From Candidatus Micrarchaeum sp. (GTDB taxonomy: Archaea; Micrarchaeota; Micrarchaeia; CABMEP01): a stretch of 64,000 nt of DNA. A program made the translations under genes and the position numbers. Below, piece after piece: positions 1 through 9,415 of the stretch; the stretch's first letter is position 1; the number at the start of each line of letters is the position of its first letter. The notes under the pieces were generated by a model. The model was not told where the DNA came from and did no database searches. It was given only the letters and a program-made list of their open reading frames with translations. The stretch lies in contig DYJP01000003.1 of NCBI GenBank assembly GCA_020723065.1, positions 195 through 64,194 on the forward strand, written 5' to 3'.

Positions 1-1932
1 CGCAGAGAGACCAACACTCTTTAGCATATCAACCCTCTTTCCGTGATCGAAGAACCTGTCCGGTATGGCCAGTATCTTAACCGGGACCTGAAGATTGTTA
101 TGATTTAGAATCTCGAGCACTCCACTTCCGAATCCTCCGAGTGCGTGGCCTTCTTCCGCTGTAACGACCTTTCCGCACCTCGATGCTACATCCACTATGA
201 GCTGCTCGTCCATCGGCTTGATGAATCTTCCGTTAACAACTATCGCATTGATTCCTTTCGTTTTCAGAATTTCGGCTGCTTTGATTGCTTCATTCACCAT
301 GCTTCCGATTGCTATGATCGCCACATCCTCTCCATGCTCGACTTCAACAAAACCTTTACCGAGCTCTATCTTGAGATTCTCTGGCTTCGGCATTCCAGTT
401 ATGGATGCCTTCGGGTATCTCAATGAAGACGGGCCCTTGTCCCACGAAAGTGCGAACTCGAGCATTGCCTCGACCTCGTGCTCGTTTGCGGGAGCCATGG
501 CGACTATATTCGGAACCATTCTCATGTAAACTATGTCAAATGGACCCTGCTGAGTTGCATTATCATCCACCAATCCTGCATTGTTCAGTGCAAACACCAC
601 GGGGAGTTTCTGCAATGCAACCTCGTAGATCGCCTCATCTATCGCCCTAAGTAAGAAAGATGAATGTACGGCCACAACCGGCCTCATTCCTGCCTTAGCT
701 AGACCTGCTGCTATGGTTGTTTCATTCTGCTCTGCAATTCCCGCATCAAGGAACCTTTCTGGAAATTCCTTTGAGAAAGGAAGAAGTCCACTGCCAATAG
801 GCATGGCTGCCGTTAATGCGAATATTCTCTTGTCCTTCCTTCCAAGTTCTATAAGCTTATTTCCGAAAGCCTCAAAATATGCGGGCAAAGCCCCTTGCTT
901 CTTGATTATCTCTCCAGATTCTGGATCAAACTGGCCAAGACCATGATACTTTCCATGCTTGTCTGATGAAGACTCTGCAAATGAACAGCCCTTACCCTTA
1001 GTAGTGATCACATGCACTAAAACCGGCCCCTTCATAAGCGCAGCTTTCTGGAACGTGTCTATAAGCATTGAAATGTTGTGTCCATCTATTGGACCTAGGT
1101 ACCTGTACCCGAGCTCCTCGAATACGATTCCCGGGGTCAAAACGGAAAGCGCAGCCTCACGCAGCCTCTTGGCCGCCTGGAGGAGCTCCTCTCTTTCCTT
1201 TGGCACATTATCCATGATGAGATGAATGTCTCCCCTCACCTGGTGGTACATCGGGCTCTCGAATATCCTGTTTCCGAAAGACAGCCTATTGTTATAAGCC
1301 TGAAGTCCTCCGACTGTCTTCTCATAAGACATCTTGTTGTCGTTAAGAACCAATATGAACTTCTTTCCTGCGTATCCTCCGTAATTCAAGCCTTCAAGGG
1401 CAAGACCTCCGGTCAATGCGCCGTCTCCTATGACCGCCACTACGTTGTAGTTCTCCTTCTTCTCGTCTCTTCCTATCGCCATTCCTATGGCTTGGGAGAT
1501 GACCGGGCTTGCGTGGCCGGTTATGAAGTGGTCATGCTCGCTTTCCCTCGGATCGGTGAATCCGCTGATTCCTCCCGGCTGCCTAAGTGTATGGAATACG
1601 TTATATCTTCCTGTCAGAAGCTTGTGAGTGTAAGACTGATGTCCAGTATCGAAAAGTATCTTATCTTTTGGAGAATTAAACACCTTGTGCAATGCGATAG
1701 TAAGTTCCACAGTTCCCAGATTAGGGGAAAGATGCCCTCCATTGTTCGAAATAGTGTCGATCAGCAGCTCCCTTATCTCCTTGGCAAGCTTCGGAAGATC
1801 CCCAATCGGCATCTTCTTTACATCGGCAGGCGACTTTATTCTTGGCAATAAGCCTTCGACTTGCTTTACTGTTGCTGGCTTGCTAGTTGCTGATGCCGCT
1901 CTTTTGTTTTGCGAATTGTTATCTGACTTCAT
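1..1932 (-). CDS. dxs: 1-deoxy-D-xylulose-5-phosphate synthase (DXS)-family ThDP enzyme; 3' end runs off the window
   Basis: Hand translation from ATG at 1932 (SD GAGGTG): GGHLSPNLGTVELTIALH, FDTGHQSYTHKLLTGR, VIGDGALTGGLALEGLN, DAGIAEQ, IPDRFFDHG. Absent from the ORF track because the stop lies outside the window. Confidence 0.93.
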   Translation of the reverse strand, partial: MKSDNNSQNKRAASATSKPATVKQVEGLLPRIKSPADVKKMPIGDLPKLAKEIRELLIDTISNNGGHLSPNLGTVELTIALHKVFNSPKDKILFDTGHQSYTHKLLTGRYNVFHTLRQPGGISGFTDPRESEHDHFITGHASPVISQAIGMAIGRDEKKENYNVVAVIGDGALTGGLALEGLNYGGYAGKKFILVLNDNKMSYEKTVGGLQAYNNRLSFGNRIFESPMYHQVRGDIHLIMDNVPKEREELLQAAKRLREAALSVLTPGIVFEELGYRYLGPIDGHNISMLIDTFQKAALMKGPVLVHVITTKGKGCSFAESSSDKHGKYHGLGQFDPESGEIIKKQGALPAYFEAFGNKLIELGRKDKRIFALTAAMPIGSGLLPFSKEFPERFLDAGIAEQNETTIAAGLAKAGMRPVVAVHSSFLLRAIDEAIYEVALQKLPVVFALNNAGLVDDNATQQGPFDIVYMRMVPNIVAMAPANEHEVEAMLEFALSWDKGPSSLRYPKASITGMPKPENLKIELGKGFVEVEHGEDVAIIAIGSMVNEAIKAAEILKTKGINAIVVNGRFIKPMDEQLIVDVASRCGKVVTAEEGHALGGFGSGVLEILNHNNLQVPVKILAIPDRFFDHGKRVDMLKSVGLSA

Positions 1933-1963
1933 AATTACACCTCGTAAACGTAACTTTTTTATT

Positions 1964-2140
1964 TCACCCTATTAGTTCATTTCTTATATTCATTTTGCAT
2001 TTTTCGAAACCTGTTTCTAAAGGTATCAAACCGACACAAATCTCGATGCACCCGCCGTCATGAAACCGCCCGCACTCGTCTTTTTGAACAAGACTTCCGC
2101 TCGAATGCCAATGCATGGTTTCATCTATTTTATTCTTCAT
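1964..2140 (-). CDS. Small hypothetical protein (58 aa, Cys/His-containing) directly upstream of dxs
   Basis: ATG at 2140 preceded by GGAGGT; MKNKIDETMHWHSSGSLVQKDECGRFHDGGCIEICVGLIP...LIG*. Confidence 0.4.
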   Translation of the reverse strand: MKNKIDETMHWHSSGSLVQKDECGRFHDGGCIEICVGLIPLETGFEKCKMNIRNELIG

Positions 2141-2350
2141 TTTTTTAATAACCTCCTATCGGGTACGATTTTGGAAGTTAATAATTTGCAGGCATATTAC
2201 CTAATATGCTCGCAGTAATATAATACATAATAATATTTAAAAAGCTCGTCATACGTCCATTGACGAATCGACACTTAACGAAAAAATACAATTCATTGTA
2301 TACACATCTAAATTATACAACACTTAGTATGCCAGCTTGAATTATTCATA

Positions 2351-3481
2351 CTAGATTTTATTTTTTTGTTCTAACGCTTTTTTCTTTTCCAGGTTTCTAA
2401 GCCGCTTCTGCCACTTAACCGGAATAGGATTATTATAGCCAGCCACGGCAAGAATTTTTCTCATGTTGGTGGAATTCGCACCACCCACCCGCTTAAGGAA
2501 AGTAAAACCAATTCCCGTAAAAATCGGAGAGGAGAATTTAATGAACTTGAATTGACTAAATTTTATCTTCGTCCAATCAACCTTTTCCCCGCAGGATAAA
2601 AGTAACGCCTTGATCTGACCTGCAATGACTGGATCGTCTAAATTTATCTTCTTGCCTCTTAATTTATTTCTTGAAAACACGAACTTACTAGTGTCAAATC
2701 CGGCAGCATCCAAAACAGTCTGAATATTCTCAAAACGAAACATATTCTTATATCCGAAGCATTTGAAAAGAAGACCTCGACCAGTGATAGTATCTTTTCC
2801 TTTTCTTATTAACGCATTGCACTTGAATTTCATCTTGAGAAATTCGGTAACAAGCACCGGTTGTGCATCAAAATCAAATCCGGAAGAAAGCAACAGCTCC
2901 CTGAGAAGCTTGCTGTTCTGAAGTAAAGACGAATAATACTTGTTTGTCTCCCCAATGTCTTCAAGGAACCTAACGAATTCATTTTTTCGAGAGTATCCTC
3001 GATTTAGGATCTGTTCTGCTTTAGAATGGTTTCCTGCCTTTAATGCCTTGGCAGACTCGTATTTGATGAGCAATTTTTCTCCTTTACCTTCAAACAGGTC
3101 TGAATTAATGTTAGTATTTTTAAATTCTGTAAATTTTAATGAGGATAAATCAATGTTTGATTCTATTAATATCTTCCTTATTGTCACAAGATCTGAAAAG
3201 TCTGCTTCGTTTCTTGCAAAATGGTTAAGACCAATGTTTAACTTCCTGCAAAGAGTCATAAAATTATCAGAGGACCTTTTCCTAGAGCCAAAGTTCCTTA
3301 GTATGGTTTGACCGGAAACCGAATCTCCGTCAAGCCTGAACTTCATTTTCATGAATTCTTTACAATTAGTCCGCTTGTTCACTCCACCTTCGAAAAGTGA
3401 TTGTCTAAGCGACTCTTTACTCAGTTTCAAGTCAAAAACCTTCGAATTCTTAAATGTCTTTCTAAATATGGATTTTGCCAT
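2351..3481 (-). CDS. Hypothetical basic protein with four internal repeats
   Basis: 376 aa, K/R-rich; recurring EF.KMKF / KF..FK and G..LL..FG blocks. Confidence 0.7.
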   Translation of the reverse strand: MAKSIFRKTFKNSKVFDLKLSKESLRQSLFEGGVNKRTNCKEFMKMKFRLDGDSVSGQTILRNFGSRKRSSDNFMTLCRKLNIGLNHFARNEADFSDLVTIRKILIESNIDLSSLKFTEFKNTNINSDLFEGKGEKLLIKYESAKALKAGNHSKAEQILNRGYSRKNEFVRFLEDIGETNKYYSSLLQNSKLLRELLLSSGFDFDAQPVLVTEFLKMKFKCNALIRKGKDTITGRGLLFKCFGYKNMFRFENIQTVLDAAGFDTSKFVFSRNKLRGKKINLDDPVIAGQIKALLLSCGEKVDWTKIKFSQFKFIKFSSPIFTGIGFTFLKRVGGANSTNMRKILAVAGYNNPIPVKWQKRLRNLEKKKALEQKNKI

Positions 3482-3613
3482 TAATCCTAAAAACGAATTA
3501 GATATTTAAAGATTACTAATGGCCTCTATAAAAATCCTATAAAGAAAAAATAAATTTCTTAAAAATCCTAAATGCATTTTGCAGAAAATGAAAAAAAATA
3601 AAGACAGAAATAA

Positions 3614-4300
3614 TCAATATTTATTCAATGTTTCCTTGAGCTTCTTGATTTCACACTCAATTAGAAGGAGAGGAAGCCCTTCTTTCTCTGCGATCTTTAT
3701 CGCCAGAGGATCGACATCCTTTTTCTTCAAACCGTGTATTACGATAAGAGATGGCTTGATCGGAGCTAACTTGACTGCGATCATCGGACTGCGGCCACTT
3801 GAAACATTAGTGAATATAAACGCCCTCTCGCTTATAGAACCGTAAAGCTTCTGAAAGTCATTGTACTGGAAATCCATTATGATTTTATGGCTATCAAGGA
3901 GAGTATATCCATATACCTTCTTCTTCTCAAGGAGATCTGCATTTGTAAGCGAAATCGCCTCAAGCATCTTCTGGAAATCTAATCCTGTAAGAACGGAGGA
4001 AAAATTCTTGACCTCAAATGCATCTGAAGGTTTCTCATTTATATTAAGCTTTTGCAAAATCTTTGATCCGCGTTCCATGTCTATCTTGATGATGGTCTCT
4101 ATGAACCTCTTAACCACCTTGATCCCGGGCGATTCTCTCCGATTGGATTCGTAATCGCTGATTGTAGAAGGGGTGATATCCATTGATGCCGCAAGCTCTG
4201 TCTGACTTATCTCGAATATCTCTCTCCACTTCTTCATTGCAGATCCCGGATCTTCAGACATCAGGATTTCTCCTGCAATAGTTTTCGATAACTTCTCCAT
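3614..4300 (-). CDS. XRE/Cro-C1 HTH transcriptional regulator (conserved archaeal COG1709-like)
   Basis: IAGEILMSEDPG..MKKWREIFEISQTELA, ISDYESNRRESPG, GRSPMIAVK. Confidence 0.88.
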   Translation of the reverse strand: MEKLSKTIAGEILMSEDPGSAMKKWREIFEISQTELAASMDITPSTISDYESNRRESPGIKVVKRFIETIIKIDMERGSKILQKLNINEKPSDAFEVKNFSSVLTGLDFQKMLEAISLTNADLLEKKKVYGYTLLDSHKIIMDFQYNDFQKLYGSISERAFIFTNVSSGRSPMIAVKLAPIKPSLIVIHGLKKKDVDPLAIKIAEKEGLPLLLIECEIKKLKETLNKY

Positions 4301-4444
4301 CAGCAATCACTCTTTGTCAAATATTATTAGATATAGAAGATGAAATATAATATAAACATATCGCTTATTGACGAAAATAATATAGACATTCATTCGCCAA
4401 GCATAAATTGCCTAATTCGAAAGCATACTGAAAAAAATCCAACA

Positions 4445-7400
4445 TTACATGAATTCTGAAAGGTTGAACTGCCTGCTTGTCTCGTCCTCGAAAATTGATT
4501 TGATGTCCCTTTCGAGTAGATTAATACGCTGCTTAAGATAATTCGGAAGGTTGTATTCATCTATGAGATTCTTTGTTATCTTGAGATATTTTTCTATCCC
4601 TCCCCTGTTCACAGTAAGGAGAAGCTTTCCTCCGCACTTATTACACTTGCCAGAAAGCGGCGGTCTCCTATACTTGTAATTGCAGTCGACACACCTCACA
4701 GTCTGAGTACTGAATGCACGGAGATTTCCAAAAAGATCCGGAAGGAAATGACTCATGATGAGCCTCTCCGCCGCATCTCTAGGATCAACTGCCGCGATCT
4801 TCTTCCCCAGCCTAAGCTGGGCATCAATTTTCTCTTTCATTGATTTGAGGTAAACATAATTTGTTGTGACCACACCGTTGTTCAGATCCGGCGTATCGTA
4901 ACTGAACCAAAGGTCATGTGATTCATTCTCTTTCCCAAGCCTGTCCGAAACGATCTCCAGCTTGCATTCGGTCGGATGCGCGAACTTCTGCGAAGCCTCG
5001 TAGAATGAAGTTGGGAATTCCTTCACGATTTCCAGCGCGTGAACCTGATCGTCAACCTCGCTCGGATCAATCTTAGTCATCATAACGAGTGGTGCATCCA
5101 TCTGCCCTCCCCTTGTCTTAGGGAGATAAAATCTTGAGAAATTGATAAGTCCATCCATCAGGAGCATTATTGCGTTCTCGTCTCCGTCGCAATTATGGGA
5201 CAGCAACATGCCCCTACCGCAAGAGAAGATCTTCTTCTTATCTCCTTCCAACTGAATGTCGTATACAAATGGATCTGAGAGAACAGAGGAGTCAGTGTGA
5301 TCGATCGTCTTAATCCTTAATATTCTAATGTCATTCTCGATTTTCATATGTCTTGTGGCACTCAGTCGTTTTATCTCTGCCAATCTGTCGCCCTTTCTGC
5401 CGATTAGGCAAACTTTTTTCGCGAAGTCTTCAGCATCTTTAGAATAAAGACACACATAAAACAACGTTGTGATGGGCGGAATTCGGTTTAATCGCTTATA
5501 CTTTTCGATCAGGAACTTGCTACTTGTAGGACGGTCTTTTTCAATCTTAAATGTCGGGTATAAGCCGAGCTTCGTCAAGGCAAAATAAAGCTTCGAAGCA
5601 AGATTTTCGGACACTGTAGAATACTTTATCTCGCGCCCAAACACATTACCATCGCCCTGGTAACACCCACCTAAAAACGCAAGAAGCAGGCGCTCCGGAA
5701 GATTCAGTATCCAGTCGGGAATATTCTTCTCATAAGCACCCTTTCCTAACTTCAATTTCTCTATAAACAACTTGAAGCATAATTTATTAGTTATATAGAC
5801 TCCTCTGTCATCTTCGTGTATAGGGACGCCAAGAGCATCTCGAATGCAGTTCTTAATATCTTTTTTGACTTTTGGATCCATCGCCGCAAAGCCGATATGG
5901 TAAGATTCCTTCCCTTTCTTTTTAGATGTCCAGGCCCAGCCTTCCGACACATAATAGCCCATCAGCCGAAGGAGCTTTTCCGTGATTCTTATTTTTATTG
6001 GCATACTCCCGAAATTCCTCTTGAAACCGATAGTAAACTCGGATCTTTCATTCTCTCTTACCTGTCTGTACACTGCTAAAGGTATTCTATATGGTTTTCG
6101 GTAAAATGAATTGCCAATGATTCTGACTGTTGTCTTAAGGCTCTTTGCAGCTTTTTTCATACTGCCGAATCTATGCATCGTTCTTTCTGCAAATCTCTTG
6201 TCAGTCCTAACTGTAATATTGTCAGATTCAAAGTCATTCCAGAAAATATCAACAAGATCTAGTTCCTTTGAAGAGTCGGTCTTTGTGGCTTCAATCGCCG
6301 ACAGAGATGCAAGTAGATCCTGTTCAGTCAACTCCCCTGCTCTCTTCTCTTTTAGCACCTTTGTTCCGGGATCGAAAACCCACATTCTATGGTCTGGAGT
6401 CACAATGACTTCCTGATTGTTTTCAGCGACTATTCTGATCATTGGACCTTTATAGTGTTTTCTCATCAAAAATCTGATTTTCTTTTTCTCTGCATTGCCT
6501 TTTGTGTCGGTTCCTAATGCAAGGACATTTCTATTCGATAAGTCGATCAACTCCCATTCTCCATCTTTTATTCTAGGTTCATCGGAGTATTTGGTAAACA
6601 TTTCAGAAACACTATCAACATGCAATCGCTTATTACTTTGGTAATAAAGCAGCGTCTTTCCATCAAAGCAATCTCTTCTCGAAGCGGCAAACAGGTACGG
6701 ATGAGCGTAGCATACGTGCGCCTTGGTGGTTCCGATTATCCTACTTGCGATTCCACAAGAAGTGTGCGGCGACAGCTCAATCACGAGATGGCCAATGAGA
6801 TCCCGGTCCTCTTTAAGATTATAGTAAGGCTCATGATTGTAAAGAAGCCTGAGCTCGTCGTCTATGAATTTGGCTACGCGCGCCATGTATTTAAGCGCGC
6901 GCTCGGAGACTATCATGTCATGCGGAAGAAGCTCAACGAGCTGGCGATCTTCCTTGAGATCGTTTCCGAATGCGTCCTTCTTGTATCCCATCTCATTCAA
7001 CTTTTGTATGGAAGTTCCGATCTCGTAAGGATAGAAATGGGTTATCGGCGCATTTGTAGCGTCGAACCTGCAGGTTCCGTCCTTGAATACCGAAATCTCG
7101 TGATGGGCCCTAAGTATTCCTTTCTCAAGCTTCTCCGGTATCCTAAGCTCGCTCATCATTCCCGTGGTTCCCTTGACATCTTCTGGATTCATCCTTGTCT
7201 TTGCGACCGCCTGGTCTACAAGCTCTATTATGTTGATCGGTCTGGTATCATAGAAAACTGTCTTTGCCTTCACTGGTTCACCTTTTGCCCCTCCTTTAAG
7301 CGCGTTGAGATTGCAGGTATGCATCTCTTCGTATGACGGTTTTCCACATTTTGTGCAAATCCTCTCCGGCCTTGTTATTTTGCCGCACTTGGGGCAGATT

Positions 7401-9382
7401 CTTGTGAACGAAATCGTATGACAGAACGGGCACTTCATCCTTGCGACTTCCACAGTCATATCATACTTCATCTTCTTGGACTTCGCGTCCCTGTATGCTT
7501 TCATAATGTTCCTTGTCTTTCCTCCCGCGTTTCCTATTGGAAATAACGAATGTACCAATGGCTTCATGTGCCTCTCCCTGGATTTCTCAGGCCTTCCCAT
7601 GCGGCTTCCAATCCAAGTTCCCGCCTTGTCCCTTATCTTTATTCCGGAAACCAGATTGACCGCTTCCAATCCGGAAATTTCGTCGGCTATCTTTTCTGAA
7701 ATCCTCTTCACAACGGCCGCATCCGGCTTCTGACCTATCTCTATTCCGAGCGATTTTGCCAATGCCTTTGAATCGTCCCCTTCTATGATTATGATGTCCT
7801 TTTCCACTTTGTGAGGAAGAAGAATCTTCTCTAATATGTTCTTTGCCGGAGAGTAAGAAAGCCTCAGCTCCTTCGGACTGAGCGGATTAATCAAGTCGTA
7901 CCTCCATTCTGCTCCCTGAAGCCATTGCAAGAGTTCCTTTATGTCCTTGCCGCTAACATTAGACCAGAAAAACGTGAATTTCGGATGGAGCGGCAGTCCT
8001 ATATCTTTCGACATCTTAAGAGCGGTGTCGAAACTGATTGGCTGCGTTGAGACTTGAATATTGAACTCGTTATTTATCTCAGGCTTTATCGCAACAGCTT
8101 CCTTGTACTCTTGGAACCACCATTCCTCGTTGTATCCTGCGGGAAAAAGCGGACTGTTTGATTTGAGAAAATCACCATAAGAAACAAGAATGTCTCCTAT
8201 GAAAAGTATGGTCTGGACCTGCTCGTTTATCTTTTCAGCAAGCTCCTTACTGTCCACTCTTATTACACTTCCATCCTTCAACCTTACTACAGGCGGCTCG
8301 ATAGTCTCGCATGGAGTGATTACACATCCTTTCCCAGGTCTCTCGAGCTTAAATTGCGTCCCTATTGCAGGAAAAGAATCAAGTATTACCATTGTCGCAG
8401 GATGAATTCCCTTCGCCATAAATCCGCTGAGCCTGGTCCTTCCGTACCTTAGCCTGAATCCCCCGAATCTCGATGGGTATGCGATGACTGGCCTCCCAGC
8501 CACAACTTCCTCTATGTATTTTTCGTTCGGCTCTACCTTGATGATCTTCGATTCCTTAGCCTTCGGAGCCTTGATTATAGATTCAAGCCAGCTCCAATCA
8601 ATACCTATTTTCTTCGATTCTTTGAGAACCTTGGCTGCCTTCTGTGCGATTCCTTCGCATAGCACCAGCGCCATTCCTCCTCTGATCCTGTTTGTATCTA
8701 TTCCTGGAACATTTCTGTACGCACCAACTTCGAACTCTTCTGTAGGATCCCCAGTGACGCAGACAGGACAGTTCCTTACTATGTGCCTGAACTCATCGTC
8801 GTGCGGCTTGTACTGAAGCCTTGCGGCCCTTGCATCATAAAGCTCAATCTCCTCGAGGTATCTCTCTACCGCAGTGTCTGTTGGCCTCCATTCCACAAGA
8901 TTCATTTTTCTTCTCAAGAAATCTGCAAGCAGAACACTCAACGCAGCTGCGGTTCCTCCTGCGGACCTTATCGGACCTGAATAATAGACTGCAAGATACT
9001 CTGTTCCATCCATATTGTTGTGGATTTTAACACTTGCGATTCCTTCGGTAGGTGCCACGAGAACTCCTTCTGTCAAGACCGCCGTTCCAGTCCTGACTGC
9101 CTGCTCAATAAGCTTTTCCCTTTCCATCTTTCCAAATTTCTCTGAAAGGACTGCCTCTGCCGTCAGGAATGCAATCTGAGTCCTAGTCTTATCATGTGGC
9201 AATGAGCGGATGTATTCCGCCACTCCTTTCGGCCCAACAATTCCTTCAACTCTCGCTGCAAGATCCGGTGCCGGCACTATCTCCACTTCATCAGAAGGGT
9301 CAAGATGGTTAGACCTTGCAGATTTTGCAAATTCATAGGACTTTGCTATGGCTTCCTGCATCATGTCGTGAGCTGAATTCAT
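4445..9382 (-). CDS. polC: DNA polymerase D large subunit DP2, containing an intein
   Basis: GPIRSAGGT, RIRGGMALV, RMGRPEK, DGTCRFDATN, CDGDE, C-terminal Zn finger and PIP-like QFNLSEFM; start could be up to 9 nt upstream. Confidence 0.97.
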   Translation of the reverse strand: MNSAHDMMQEAIAKSYEFAKSARSNHLDPSDEVEIVPAPDLAARVEGIVGPKGVAEYIRSLPHDKTRTQIAFLTAEAVLSEKFGKMEREKLIEQAVRTGTAVLTEGVLVAPTEGIASVKIHNNMDGTEYLAVYYSGPIRSAGGTAAALSVLLADFLRRKMNLVEWRPTDTAVERYLEEIELYDARAARLQYKPHDDEFRHIVRNCPVCVTGDPTEEFEVGAYRNVPGIDTNRIRGGMALVLCEGIAQKAAKVLKESKKIGIDWSWLESIIKAPKAKESKIIKVEPNEKYIEEVVAGRPVIAYPSRFGGFRLRYGRTRLSGFMAKGIHPATMVILDSFPAIGTQFKLERPGKGCVITPCETIEPPVVRLKDGSVIRVDSKELAEKINEQVQTILFIGDILVSYGDFLKSNSPLFPAGYNEEWWFQEYKEAVAIKPEINNEFNIQVSTQPISFDTALKMSKDIGLPLHPKFTFFWSNVSGKDIKELLQWLQGAEWRYDLINPLSPKELRLSYSPAKNILEKILLPHKVEKDIIIIEGDDSKALAKSLGIEIGQKPDAAVVKRISEKIADEISGLEAVNLVSGIKIRDKAGTWIGSRMGRPEKSRERHMKPLVHSLFPIGNAGGKTRNIMKAYRDAKSKKMKYDMTVEVARMKCPFCHTISFTRICPKCGKITRPERICTKCGKPSYEEMHTCNLNALKGGAKGEPVKAKTVFYDTRPINIIELVDQAVAKTRMNPEDVKGTTGMMSELRIPEKLEKGILRAHHEISVFKDGTCRFDATNAPITHFYPYEIGTSIQKLNEMGYKKDAFGNDLKEDRQLVELLPHDMIVSERALKYMARVAKFIDDELRLLYNHEPYYNLKEDRDLIGHLVIELSPHTSCGIASRIIGTTKAHVCYAHPYLFAASRRDCFDGKTLLYYQSNKRLHVDSVSEMFTKYSDEPRIKDGEWELIDLSNRNVLALGTDTKGNAEKKKIRFLMRKHYKGPMIRIVAENNQEVIVTPDHRMWVFDPGTKVLKEKRAGELTEQDLLASLSAIEATKTDSSKELDLVDIFWNDFESDNITVRTDKRFAERTMHRFGSMKKAAKSLKTTVRIIGNSFYRKPYRIPLAVYRQVRENERSEFTIGFKRNFGSMPIKIRITEKLLRLMGYYVSEGWAWTSKKKGKESYHIGFAAMDPKVKKDIKNCIRDALGVPIHEDDRGVYITNKLCFKLFIEKLKLGKGAYEKNIPDWILNLPERLLLAFLGGCYQGDGNVFGREIKYSTVSENLASKLYFALTKLGLYPTFKIEKDRPTSSKFLIEKYKRLNRIPPITTLFYVCLYSKDAEDFAKKVCLIGRKGDRLAEIKRLSATRHMKIENDIRILRIKTIDHTDSSVLSDPFVYDIQLEGDKKKIFSCGRGMLLSHNCDGDENAIMLLMDGLINFSRFYLPKTRGGQMDAPLVMMTKIDPSEVDDQVHALEIVKEFPTSFYEASQKFAHPTECKLEIVSDRLGKENESHDLWFSYDTPDLNNGVVTTNYVYLKSMKEKIDAQLRLGKKIAAVDPRDAAERLIMSHFLPDLFGNLRAFSTQTVRCVDCNYKYRRPPLSGKCNKCGGKLLLTVNRGGIEKYLKITKNLIDEYNLPNYLKQRINLLERDIKSIFEDETSRQFNLSEFM
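5192..6670 (-). mobile_element. Intein with LAGLIDADG homing endonuclease (493 aa) in DP2
   Basis: RRD|CFDGKTLL ... VTPDH ... LMGYYVSEG ... FLGGCYQGDG ... VYDIQL ... SHN|CDGDE. Confidence 0.95.
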
Positions 9383-9415
9383 AATCATCACTTGAAATAG
9401 ACTGCAAGTTCCCTA

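Noticed and set aside
145..1975. Several + strand ORFs (up to 209 aa) at the window start
   Set aside because: Antisense shadows of the minus-strand dxs gene.
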